Origin: Candidatus Aquivivens invisus
GTDB lineage: Bacteria; Omnitrophota; Gorgyraeia; Aquiviventales; Aquiviventaceae
Direction: 5' to 3'
Length of the DNA: 64,000 bases
Assembly (NCBI GenBank): GCA_001804415.1
Contig: MHGA01000006.1
Span: forward strand, 14,308-78,307
Positions 53,758 through 62,032 of the stretch are shown here, piece after piece. Position 1 is the stretch's first letter, and each line of letters starts with the position of its first letter. The notes under the pieces were generated by a model. It worked only from the letters and a program-made list of their open reading frames with translations. It ran no database searches and was not told the origin of the DNA. Made by a program: the position numbers and the translations under genes.

Positions 53758-56700
53758 ATGACCCTCTCTGATCTGTCGATCAAGAAACCGGTGTTCGCCT
53801 GGATGCTCATGGCCGGGCTGATCGTCTTCGGCACGATCAGTTTTAAGCGACTGGGCGTGAGCCAGATGCCGGATGTCGAGTTTCCGGTCGTGTCCGTCGA
53901 TCTGCGATGGGAGGGTGCCGCCCCGGAGGTGATGGAGACCGACGTCGTGGATGTCACGGAAGACGTCATCACGAGCATCCAAGGCATCCGGGATATCTCT
54001 TCCTCGATCCGCCAGGGACAAGCGACGATCACCATTGAATTCGATCTGGAGCGCGACATCGACGTCGCCGTGCAGGAGGTGCAGACCAAGCTCGCCCAGG
54101 CGCAGCTGCGCCTGCCACGCGAGCTGGATCCGCCGATCGTGACCAAGGTCAATCCGCAGGATCAACCCATCATGTGGCTGGGCGTTTCAGGCGACGTGCC
54201 GAAGCGCGAGCTGATGGAGTACGTGCAGGACCACCTGAAGGATCAGTTTCAGACGATCAGCGGCGTGGGTGAAATCTTCCTGGGCGGATTTCTCGAGCGC
54301 AACCTGCGCGTCTGGATCGATGCGGACAAGCTGGAGGTCGCTCAGTTGACCATCGAGGATGTCATCACGGCGATCCAACGGGAGCACGCGGAGCTGCCGG
54401 CCGGCCGCCTGGAGACCGGCGCGAAAGAGTTCAACGTGCGCGCCATGGGCGAGGCGAGCAGCGTGGAGGAGTTCGGCAGGATCCTCATCCCGAGCCGCGG
54501 GGGCCAGCCGATCTACACCCCGATTGCCTTGAAGGATGTGGCGGTCATCGAGGACGGGCTGGCGGACCAACGGCGCATCTCCCGCATCATGGGCGAGACG
54601 GCGGTGGGCTTAGGGATCCGCAAGCAGCGCGGGGCGAACGACGTGGAGGTCGCCCGGCGGGTGCGCCGGAAAATGGCGGAGGTGGCGCAACGACTGCCTC
54701 AGGGGATCCAGCTCGGCGTCAACTTTGACCGGACGCGCTTCATCGAGGACTCGATCAACGAGCTCACCTTCACGCTGATCCTCTCGGCCATCCTGACGTC
54801 CCTGGTCTGCTGGGCGTTCCTCGGGTCGTGGAGTGCGACGCTCAACATCCTCATGGCGATCCCGACCTCGATCGTCGGATCGTTCATCTGTTTGTATTTC
54901 CTCGGCTTCACCCTCAACACCTTCACGCTGCTCGCACTCTCCCTGGCGATCGGCGTGGTGGTGGATGACGCCATCATGGTACTGGAAAACATCGTGCGCC
55001 ACCGCGAGCAGGGCCTCGCGCGGATCGAGGCGGCCAGGCTGGGCGCCCGGCAGATCACCTCGGCGGCGCTGGCGGCCACGCTGTCGATCATCGCGATCTT
55101 CCTGCCGGTGGCGTTCATGGCCGGCCTCATCGGGAAATTTTTCTTCGAATTCGGCATGACCATCTCCATCGCGGTCGCACTCTCCCTCCTGGAAGCCTTG
55201 ACGCTGGCCCCGATGCGCTGCGCCCAGTTCCTTCGGATCGGCGAGCGGCGCACGCAATTCGGCAAAGCGGTGGAATCGGCGTTTCGGATCCTGGCGGTTC
55301 GCTATCACGCGGCGCTGATCTGGTCCCTGCGGAATCGGCGAATGGTGCTCCTGGCCTCCGCGGCGATCTTCGTCGTGTCGTTGGGGGTGCTGCCGTGGCT
55401 GCGGAAGGAGTTCGTGCCGCCGCAGGATCAAAGCATGTTTTTGGTCCGGCTGCAGACGCCGGTCGGCTCGTCGATCGAGTTCACGGATGAGCAATTCAAG
55501 CTGGCGGAGCAGTTCGCGATGAGCCGCCCGGAGATCAAGCGCTATTTCGGAGCCATCGGCGGCTTCGGCGGCGGGGAGGTGAACGCGGGCATCTTGTTCA
55601 TCACCCTCCATCCGCCGCGCCAGCGCCGGATCGTGCCGCCGGACAGACATCCCCTGTCGCAACGCGAGTTGATGGCGCTCTTCCGGAAGGAGCTCAACGC
55701 CATTCCCGATGTGAAGGCCTCGATTCAAGACCTGAGCCTCAGCGGGTTCTCCGCCCAGCGGGGATTTCCCATTGAGTTCAGCATCCGCGGACCGGACTGG
55801 GAGCAGCTCGGCGTCATCGCGCAGGAGATGGAACGGCGGATGAGCCGAAACCCCCTCATGGTGGACGTCGACAGCGACTACTTGACCGGCGTGCCGGAGG
55901 TGCGCGTGCGGCCCGACCGCCGGCAGGCGGCGGCGCGCGGTGTCAGCATGGCGACGATCGCGCGGACCATCAACGCGCTCATCGGGGGGGAGCGGGTGGC
56001 CAAGTACACCCGCGGAGGCCGGCGCTACGACGTGCGGGTGCGGTTGATGCCGACCCAGCGTCTGCAGGCCGATGACATCGAGCGGTTATGGGTCTGGAAC
56101 CGCCACGGCGAGCTGGTCCAACTGAAGGACATCGTGACGATCACCGAAAATCCGTCGCTGTTGACCATCACGCGCAAGAACCGCGAGCGGGCCATCAGCG
56201 TTTTCTCGAACATCGCCCCGGGCCGGTCGCAGGCGGAGGCATTGCGGGAGGTGCAGCGGATCGCCAAGGACGTCCTGCCGCAGGGCTATCACGCGGTCTT
56301 CGGCGGCAGCGCGCAGACGTTCCGCGAGTCGTTTCAAAGCCTCCTGTTTGTCCTGTGGCTCGGCGTCCTCGTGGCGTACATGGTGCTGGCGTCGCAGTAC
56401 AACAGCTACCTCCATCCCGTCCTGGTGCTCTTAGCACTTCCGTTCAGCGTCTCCGGCGCCCTGATGGCGCTCTGGGTGGGAGGGCAGTCGCTGAACATTT
56501 ACAGTTTCATCGGACTGATCTTGCTGATGGGGATCGTCAAGAAAAACTCCATCCTGTTGGTGGACTTCACCAACCAGCTTCGGGAACAAGGGCAGGGCGT
56601 CCATGAGGCGCTCCTGAACGCGTGCCCCATGCGGCTGCGTCCGATCCTCATGACGTCCATCTCGACGGTGGCGGCCGCTGTCCCTCCGGCCCTGGCCGTG

Positions 56701-56880
56701 GGGCCTGGGGCGGAGACGCGCATCCCGATGGCGGTCGCGGTCATCGGCGGGGTGCTGCTCTCAACCCTCCTGACCTTGTTTGTGGTGCCGTGCGCGTATA
56801 GCCTCATCCCTGAGAAAAACAAAGGCCCTTGGGGATTCCCAAGGGCCTTGTCGATTGCGCAGGAAGCAAAAGGCTATTGA
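53758..56880 (+). CDS. RND efflux transporter (AcrB/CzcA superfamily)
   Basis: 1040 aa, 12-TM RND topology with two large periplasmic loops. Confidence 0.85.
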   Translation: MTLSDLSIKKPVFAWMLMAGLIVFGTISFKRLGVSQMPDVEFPVVSVDLRWEGAAPEVMETDVVDVTEDVITSIQGIRDISSSIRQGQATITIEFDLERDIDVAVQEVQTKLAQAQLRLPRELDPPIVTKVNPQDQPIMWLGVSGDVPKRELMEYVQDHLKDQFQTISGVGEIFLGGFLERNLRVWIDADKLEVAQLTIEDVITAIQREHAELPAGRLETGAKEFNVRAMGEASSVEEFGRILIPSRGGQPIYTPIALKDVAVIEDGLADQRRISRIMGETAVGLGIRKQRGANDVEVARRVRRKMAEVAQRLPQGIQLGVNFDRTRFIEDSINELTFTLILSAILTSLVCWAFLGSWSATLNILMAIPTSIVGSFICLYFLGFTLNTFTLLALSLAIGVVVDDAIMVLENIVRHREQGLARIEAARLGARQITSAALAATLSIIAIFLPVAFMAGLIGKFFFEFGMTISIAVALSLLEALTLAPMRCAQFLRIGERRTQFGKAVESAFRILAVRYHAALIWSLRNRRMVLLASAAIFVVSLGVLPWLRKEFVPPQDQSMFLVRLQTPVGSSIEFTDEQFKLAEQFAMSRPEIKRYFGAIGGFGGGEVNAGILFITLHPPRQRRIVPPDRHPLSQRELMALFRKELNAIPDVKASIQDLSLSGFSAQRGFPIEFSIRGPDWEQLGVIAQEMERRMSRNPLMVDVDSDYLTGVPEVRVRPDRRQAAARGVSMATIARTINALIGGERVAKYTRGGRRYDVRVRLMPTQRLQADDIERLWVWNRHGELVQLKDIVTITENPSLLTITRKNRERAISVFSNIAPGRSQAEALREVQRIAKDVLPQGYHAVFGGSAQTFRESFQSLLFVLWLGVLVAYMVLASQYNSYLHPVLVLLALPFSVSGALMALWVGGQSLNIYSFIGLILLMGIVKKNSILLVDFTNQLREQGQGVHEALLNACPMRLRPILMTSISTVAAAVPPALAVGPGAETRIPMAVAVIGGVLLSTLLTLFVVPCAYSLIPEKNKGPWGFPRALSIAQEAKGY

Positions 56881-57212
56881 AGGAGCTGCGTCCCGCCTTC
56901 CGGAAGGGGGACGTCGATCTGCGGGATGGGGAAGGTTGCCACGTGCAACGCCCCGCCGACGGTCTGCCCGATGCCGTTGAAGAGCCCTTCGCCGATGCCG
57001 AGGAAGAAGTTCCCTCCACCCTGGATGGCTTCCGCCGGTTCGCTGAAGATCTCCGTCCAGCCCAGCAGCCCGTTCTTGAGGCCGTAGACGAACTTGCCCT
57101 TTACCTTGCCAAGATAGTCCACCTCTTGCGTCCACGGGCTTGCCGCAAACGCCGCAATGGGCGCTGCCACCAACGCGAGGACCACTGCGATTGCCCCTAA
57201 CCGTCTGGTCAT
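56874..57212 (-). CDS. Small secreted protein, paralog family member
   Basis: Signal peptide; GKFVYGLKNGLLGWTEIFSEPAEAIQG...VGGALHVATFPIP. Confidence 0.6.
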   Translation of the reverse strand: MTRRLGAIAVVLALVAAPIAAFAASPWTQEVDYLGKVKGKFVYGLKNGLLGWTEIFSEPAEAIQGGGNFFLGIGEGLFNGIGQTVGGALHVATFPIPQIDVPLPEGGTQLLQ

Positions 57213-57348
57213 GGGTACCCTCCTCTGTTAACACAACACTCTAGCAGGGTTCTATAAAAATGCAACAAAAATTATCAAAAACCATCAAACGTTAAATCTG
57301 AATTTTCGTTTTCCTTGAGCCCATTAATCAGTACACTATTCTCGGCCC

Positions 57349-58221
57349 ATGAAACGGGTGTTGGTCGTCTACAAGAAAAGCGCCTATCAGCTCCACGTGG
57401 TGGAGCGGAAGGATCCGTGGCTGAGGCGGCTGCTGCGAGCGAGTCACCCCGATGCCCTCGACTGGCTCGCGGCCCACCGCGTGCAACAACGCACCCTCGA
57501 TGCCGTGGTGCGCAGCCTGCGCAGCCTCGGCGTGCGGGAGACCCTGGTCTATCGCGAGCGCCTTCGGCCCGCCACCGGCTACGATCTGGTGCTGAGTGTG
57601 GGAGGCGACGGGACGGTGCTGCAGGCCTCCCACTTCATGAAGGACACGCCGCTCCTGGGCGTGAACTCAGATCCGACGCGCAGTGAGGCCGTGTTCTGCG
57701 CGGCCACCGCCTCGGACGTCCATCGAGTCGTGCGGGACGCGTTGGAGGGCCGGCTGCCCGCGCTCTTGCTCTACCGCTTGGCCGTTGCGCTCAACGGCCG
57801 GCGGCTGGGTCCGTTAGCGCTCAATGACGTGCTGATCGCCCATGAGGATCCCGCCACGATGAGCCGCTATCGCCTGCGGCTCGGCGCCCGGTGTGAAGAT
57901 CACAAGAGTTCAGGATTGTGGGTGGCCACCGCCGCGGGCTCCAGCAGCGCGATGGCCGCGGCGGGAGGAAGGCGCCTGCCCTGGGGGGCCAAGCGGTTTC
58001 AGTACCGGCCTCGCGAGCTGTACCAGGGGCGCTTGACCCGTTGTCGCCTGACAGGCGGGCAGCTTTCGCCCCCACGGTGTCTTGAGTTGGTCTGGTTGAT
58101 GCGGGAGGGTGCGGTCTTTCTCGACGGGCCGCATCTCAAACACCGACTGCGATTCGGGGATCGGGTGACGGTGTCGCTCTCGCCGCAACATCCATTCCGC
58201 GTGCTGGGCTTACGCCGATGA
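57349..58221 (+). CDS. nadK: NAD kinase
   Basis: GGDGT motif, NAD kinase fold. Confidence 0.8.
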   Translation: MKRVLVVYKKSAYQLHVVERKDPWLRRLLRASHPDALDWLAAHRVQQRTLDAVVRSLRSLGVRETLVYRERLRPATGYDLVLSVGGDGTVLQASHFMKDTPLLGVNSDPTRSEAVFCAATASDVHRVVRDALEGRLPALLLYRLAVALNGRRLGPLALNDVLIAHEDPATMSRYRLRLGARCEDHKSSGLWVATAAGSSSAMAAAGGRRLPWGAKRFQYRPRELYQGRLTRCRLTGGQLSPPRCLELVWLMREGAVFLDGPHLKHRLRFGDRVTVSLSPQHPFRVLGLRR

Positions 58222-58228
58222 GACAGAG

Positions 58229-58336
58229 CGACAAGCGACAAGCGACAGGTAACAAGTCGAACAGGCCTACTCGAGGGCAGCTTCCTCTGTTGTGGTGTTG
58301 CCTTGTCGCTTGTACCTTGTCGCTTGTCCCTGTCCT
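58229..58336. repeat. Inverted arrays of heptamers (CGACAAG)x3-5 ... 37-nt spacer ... (CTTGTCG/CTTGTMC)x5 between nadK and memo-ammecr1
   Basis: Read directly; ATG 58218 (overlapping nadK TGA) is in frame through the array with the downstream gene. Confidence 0.9.
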
Positions 58337-58367
58337 TGAGGTCACGGCGGAGCCGCGAAGCGCCCGC

Positions 58368-59735
58368 GTGGCCGGGGCGTTCTATCCCGATGACCCTGCC
58401 GTCTTGCGCGCGACGATTGAGCAGCTCCTCGCGGGCCACGACGGCGCACCGGCATCGCCCGACAAGCCCCGCATACTCATCAGCCCCCACGCCGGCTACC
58501 CCTATGCGGGGTCAGTGGCCTCCCGCGCCTTCCACGAGGTCCAGGGGCGTGCCTATGATGGAGTCGTCGTCGTGGGCTTCACACACCGCTTGAACTTCGA
58601 GGGTACCTCCGTCGAGACCCGCGACGCCTACCACACGCCGCTGGGTCCCATCCCCGTCGACACGGAGGCCGTGGAGTTCCTGCAGGCGCAACCCGGCATC
58701 ACGCACGTCGAGGAGGCGCATGAGGCCGACGAGCACTCGATGGAGGTGATGCTGCCGTTCTTGCAGGTTGCCTTAGGCGAGTTCCGGGTGGTCCCGATGC
58801 TGATGGGCCGCCATGATTTCTCAGACGCCCAGGAACTGGCCGCGGCCCTGGCGCAGTTGGCGCAGCACGGCGAGTATCTGTTCGTGTTCAGCACCGACCT
58901 CTCCCACTACCATCCGTACGACGAGGCGAAACGGCTCGATGACCAGACCGTCAACCTCATCCTGCGCGAAACCGCGGGGGCGGTTGATCGGCTCTTCTCC
59001 CAGGGCCACCTGGAGGCGTGCGGTCGGGGGCCGGTGGTCGCCGGGTTGCTGCTCGCCCAACGGTTCGGCTATCTGGAGCGTCGGTTGCTCCTCTACGCGA
59101 ATTCGGGCGATACGACGGGTGAGGCGAGTCGCGGGGTCGTGGGGTATGCCGCCATCGGGATGTATCCGCCGAAGACGTCCGCGTCGGTGGAGACGGTGTC
59201 CCGCGACGCGGGGATGGCGCTGGTGCGCGCGGCCCGGCAGGTCATCACCGCGAAACTTCAACCCACCCCCTCGACCGAGGCCGTTGCGCTGGACGTGTTT
59301 CCTGAGCTGCAGCAAGCGCGCGGCATGTTCGTGACGCTGCGCAAGCACGGGGAGTTGCGCGGCTGCATCGGCCGCATCGAGACAGACGAGCCGATGGCCT
59401 CGCTGCTGCCGACCGTCTCGGTCGAAGCGGCGCTGGCGGATACGCGCTTCCTGCCTGTGACTGCGGAGGAGCTGGACGACATCACCGTCGAAGTCTCCGT
59501 CCTGAGCCCGCCGGCACCGGTCAGCTTCCAAGACATCGTCGCCGGGCGTGACGGGGTGGTGCTGCGGAAGGACGGCCGCAGCGGGGTGTTCCTGCCGCAG
59601 GTCTGGACAGAGAGCGGCTGGACGAGGCTGGAATTCTTACGCGAGCTGGCCCACCAGAAGGCCGGGCTCCAGCCGGATGCCTGGCAATCCGCGCAGCTGT
59701 TCACCTTCCAGGATCAGGTGTTTGAAGAACACTGA
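58368..59735 (+). CDS. Fused MEMO1-like (AmmeMemoRadiSam protein B-type) and AMMECR1 (protein A-type) protein; GTG start 58368, alternative ATG 58218
   Basis: N-terminal VAGAFYP...ISPHAGYPYAGSVASRAF (MEMO), C-terminal FVTLRKHGELRGCIGRIE (AMMECR1). Confidence 0.7.
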   Translation: MAGAFYPDDPAVLRATIEQLLAGHDGAPASPDKPRILISPHAGYPYAGSVASRAFHEVQGRAYDGVVVVGFTHRLNFEGTSVETRDAYHTPLGPIPVDTEAVEFLQAQPGITHVEEAHEADEHSMEVMLPFLQVALGEFRVVPMLMGRHDFSDAQELAAALAQLAQHGEYLFVFSTDLSHYHPYDEAKRLDDQTVNLILRETAGAVDRLFSQGHLEACGRGPVVAGLLLAQRFGYLERRLLLYANSGDTTGEASRGVVGYAAIGMYPPKTSASVETVSRDAGMALVRAARQVITAKLQPTPSTEAVALDVFPELQQARGMFVTLRKHGELRGCIGRIETDEPMASLLPTVSVEAALADTRFLPVTAEELDDITVEVSVLSPPAPVSFQDIVAGRDGVVLRKDGRSGVFLPQVWTESGWTRLEFLRELAHQKAGLQPDAWQSAQLFTFQDQVFEEH

Positions 59736-61015
59736 TTCGTCTGGCAGGCGGTGTTGCGGTGGAAGAGGAAGCGGCGCGCCGCCACCCAATCGTAGGCTCG
59801 TACGCCGACCCAGCGTGCGCCGGGGAGGTACAGCAGCGGCACAAGCCACCACAGCAGCACGAGCCGGACGCTGATCCGGCGAAACGCGTCAAACCCCTCC
59901 GCGATCCTCCCGTACGGCTCCACCAGTTGCATGCGACTCTGGCAGCCCTCCCGAGTCAGCGACGGGTGGATGGCGCGTAGATCCGCGACCCCGTGAAAGT
60001 CAATCGGCTCCAGCCGACCGAACAGGTCAAGCGCGAACAGCCGCGCAACACTCGCCAGGCAAAATCCGCATCGTCCGTCGTAGAGCAGGCGGATCCGCCC
60101 GCGCTGCGCATGACGGGTTCTCCGCCGTTCAATCCACCGCACGAGGGTTTCCGGCTCGACGAACAGCAGCAGCTGCGGGGGAAAGAGGAAGAAGAAGATC
60201 GTCGGCACATGGAGGGTCACCAGCAGCAGCACGTGAAAGCTGACACCCCACAGCAGCGCGAAGGGGCGCGTGCGCCGGATGAAGAGCAGGAACGGCAGGG
60301 CGAATTCCCCCGTGATGACCACCAGCTCAATCCACTGGCACACCTCAGGCTGCCCCGCCAGCCATGCGCGGAAGGGGAACTGTCGCACCACACCCTGCGG
60401 CGGGTAGCGCAGAAGATAGTAGTATGGGTTGTCGGTGAGCCAGTTGCCTCCGGCGGTGATCTTGCTCAAGCCGGTGTAGAGAAAGGTCCAGGCGATCTGC
60501 AATTGCAACAGCCGCTGCACGAAAAACGGCCGGAGGCGTTTGTACGCATGGGCGCCGGCTCGGTCGCCGCGCAGGAAGCTGTCGACCGAGAGGAAGTCGC
60601 CGGGGTAGCTCGTGACGTACATCAGCGAGAGTGTGACCAGCAAAATGTCAAATGACAGCGTGCCGATGTGGAGGGAATTGAGCGCGTAAAAGTAGTAACA
60701 GGACACTCCCATGAGGAGGCAGCTTGCCTGGGTATTGAGGCCGATCAGCACGCAGGCCCAGGAGCCGCCGAAGAGCCCGACGAACGTCCACACCAGCCAG
60801 TCGGGACTTTGCTCGATGAGCTGCAGGGCCCAGAGCGGGAAGAACGAGCCGTTCTTCTCCTTGAAGGCGGTGGCGAGGTAATTGTCCTCCATCTGAAAGA
60901 ACCCGGGGAACAGATGAGCCCCGACCGTGATCGCCACCGCGATCCGGAACAACCCCAGGCTGAGCGACGGTCTCTCGACCAAGAACGCCTTGTGCCACCA
61001 CGCTCTCACGGACAT
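59714..61015 (-). CDS. HTTM-domain (vitamin-K-dependent gamma-carboxylase-like TM domain) protein fused to a DCC-family thiol-disulfide oxidoreductase (DUF393) domain
   Basis: N-terminal LGLFRIAVAITVGAH HTTM; C-terminal LLYDGRCGFC DCC motif. Confidence 0.65.
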   Translation of the reverse strand: MSVRAWWHKAFLVERPSLSLGLFRIAVAITVGAHLFPGFFQMEDNYLATAFKEKNGSFFPLWALQLIEQSPDWLVWTFVGLFGGSWACVLIGLNTQASCLLMGVSCYYFYALNSLHIGTLSFDILLVTLSLMYVTSYPGDFLSVDSFLRGDRAGAHAYKRLRPFFVQRLLQLQIAWTFLYTGLSKITAGGNWLTDNPYYYLLRYPPQGVVRQFPFRAWLAGQPEVCQWIELVVITGEFALPFLLFIRRTRPFALLWGVSFHVLLLVTLHVPTIFFFLFPPQLLLFVEPETLVRWIERRRTRHAQRGRIRLLYDGRCGFCLASVARLFALDLFGRLEPIDFHGVADLRAIHPSLTREGCQSRMQLVEPYGRIAEGFDAFRRISVRLVLLWWLVPLLYLPGARWVGVRAYDWVAARRFLFHRNTACQTNQCSSNT

Positions 61016-61449
61016 CGGTACATGACCTGCCGTTGAATCTCGTCCGGACGATTCGCAAGGTCCGGATGCGCCGCGTAGACCACCGTGAAACCGTCATACT
61101 GAGGAAACTTTCGCCGCAGGTATCGGCAGAATCGCGGCGCGTCGTGCAAAGAGAGCACGCTGATGAGGACGTTACGGTGAATGTTGTCGTACCAGACAAA
61201 GCGGGTTTCAAAAATCTCGTGGGGATCGATCAGAGACGGCTGGCCGTGCTTGAGGCCGTAGACCTCCGTGAACCCGTAGGAGCGGTCCACGTTGAAGAAC
61301 ATGATCCAGCCAGCCGGCGGGTACAGAAATTTCAGCTTCGGCAGCTCCCGCCCGATGAGGGGGCTGAGGTAGTTCAGGCGGAGGGTCTCGTAATGGAAGA
61401 CGGCGATCCAGAGGATCACGAATCCACTGATCCAGACATGGCGTCGCAT
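61006..61449 (-). CDS. Hypothetical membrane-anchored protein co-transcribed with HTTM-DCC gene
   Basis: ATG 61449; N-terminal TM; 10-nt overlap with downstream gene. Confidence 0.4.
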   Translation of the reverse strand: MRRHVWISGFVILWIAVFHYETLRLNYLSPLIGRELPKLKFLYPPAGWIMFFNVDRSYGFTEVYGLKHGQPSLIDPHEIFETRFVWYDNIHRNVLISVLSLHDAPRFCRYLRRKFPQYDGFTVVYAAHPDLANRPDEIQRQVMYRCP

Positions 61450-61471
61450 GCCACTACTATATCGCATCGCC

Positions 61472-61512
61472 GGAAAAAGAAAACGGCCCCGCGCTCGCAA
61501 GAGCGCAGGGCC
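61472..61512 (-). terminator. Intrinsic terminator of cspA (GGCCCUGCGCUC-UUGC-GAGCGCGGGGCC plus UUUUCUUUUUCC)
   Basis: Read on minus strand directly after cspA stop. Confidence 0.7.
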
Positions 61513-61531
61513 GCTTCCGGCGAGCCCAACG

Positions 61532-61735
61532 CTAGGCGGCCTTCGTCACGTTGGCAGCCTGAGGACCTTTCGGTCCTTGGGTGACCTCGAACTCCACCTG
61601 TTGGCCTTCCTGAAGGCTGCGAAAGCCGTCAGCTTTGATGGCGCTGTGATGGACGAACACGTCCTTCGACCCGTCCTCCGGGGTGATGAACCCATACCCC
61701 TTCTGGTCGCTGAACCACTTCACGGTACCCTTCGC
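61532..61735 (-). CDS. cspA: Cold-shock protein CspA family
   Basis: [18 protein letters not shown]..., RNP motifs; long 5' leader. Confidence 0.9.
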   Translation of the reverse strand, partial: AKGTVKWFSDQKGYGFITPEDGSKDVFVHHSAIKADGFRSLQEGQQVEFEVTQGPKGPQAANVTKAA

Positions 61736-62032
61736 CATGCTCCGTACACCCCCCTTCATTTTCGGTCACACAACTTACGTTTCCGCCAAACCACTCGGCG
61801 GATCCGCCAAGTCTTGTGGCGGACGCTGTCGCTCCGTAAGTGACGGCCTCAAATGAAAAAACCGCTGGACGACCGAACAGATCGCCCTGCGGTTTCCCCA
61901 ACCAACTACTTCTGGATCAACGCCTTCCCGACGTTCAGAAGGGCGCATAGACACTGTAACTATATCAGGACGGTGAGGTGGTTGTCAAGGACATGTTTGT
62001 CGGCGGAGAGGCATAGTATATAATGAACGGTC

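Noticed and set aside
6718-58336. Possibility that the short tandem repeats are CRISPR arrays
   Set aside because: The units are 7 nt with no unique spacers and no cas genes, which is incompatible with CRISPR.
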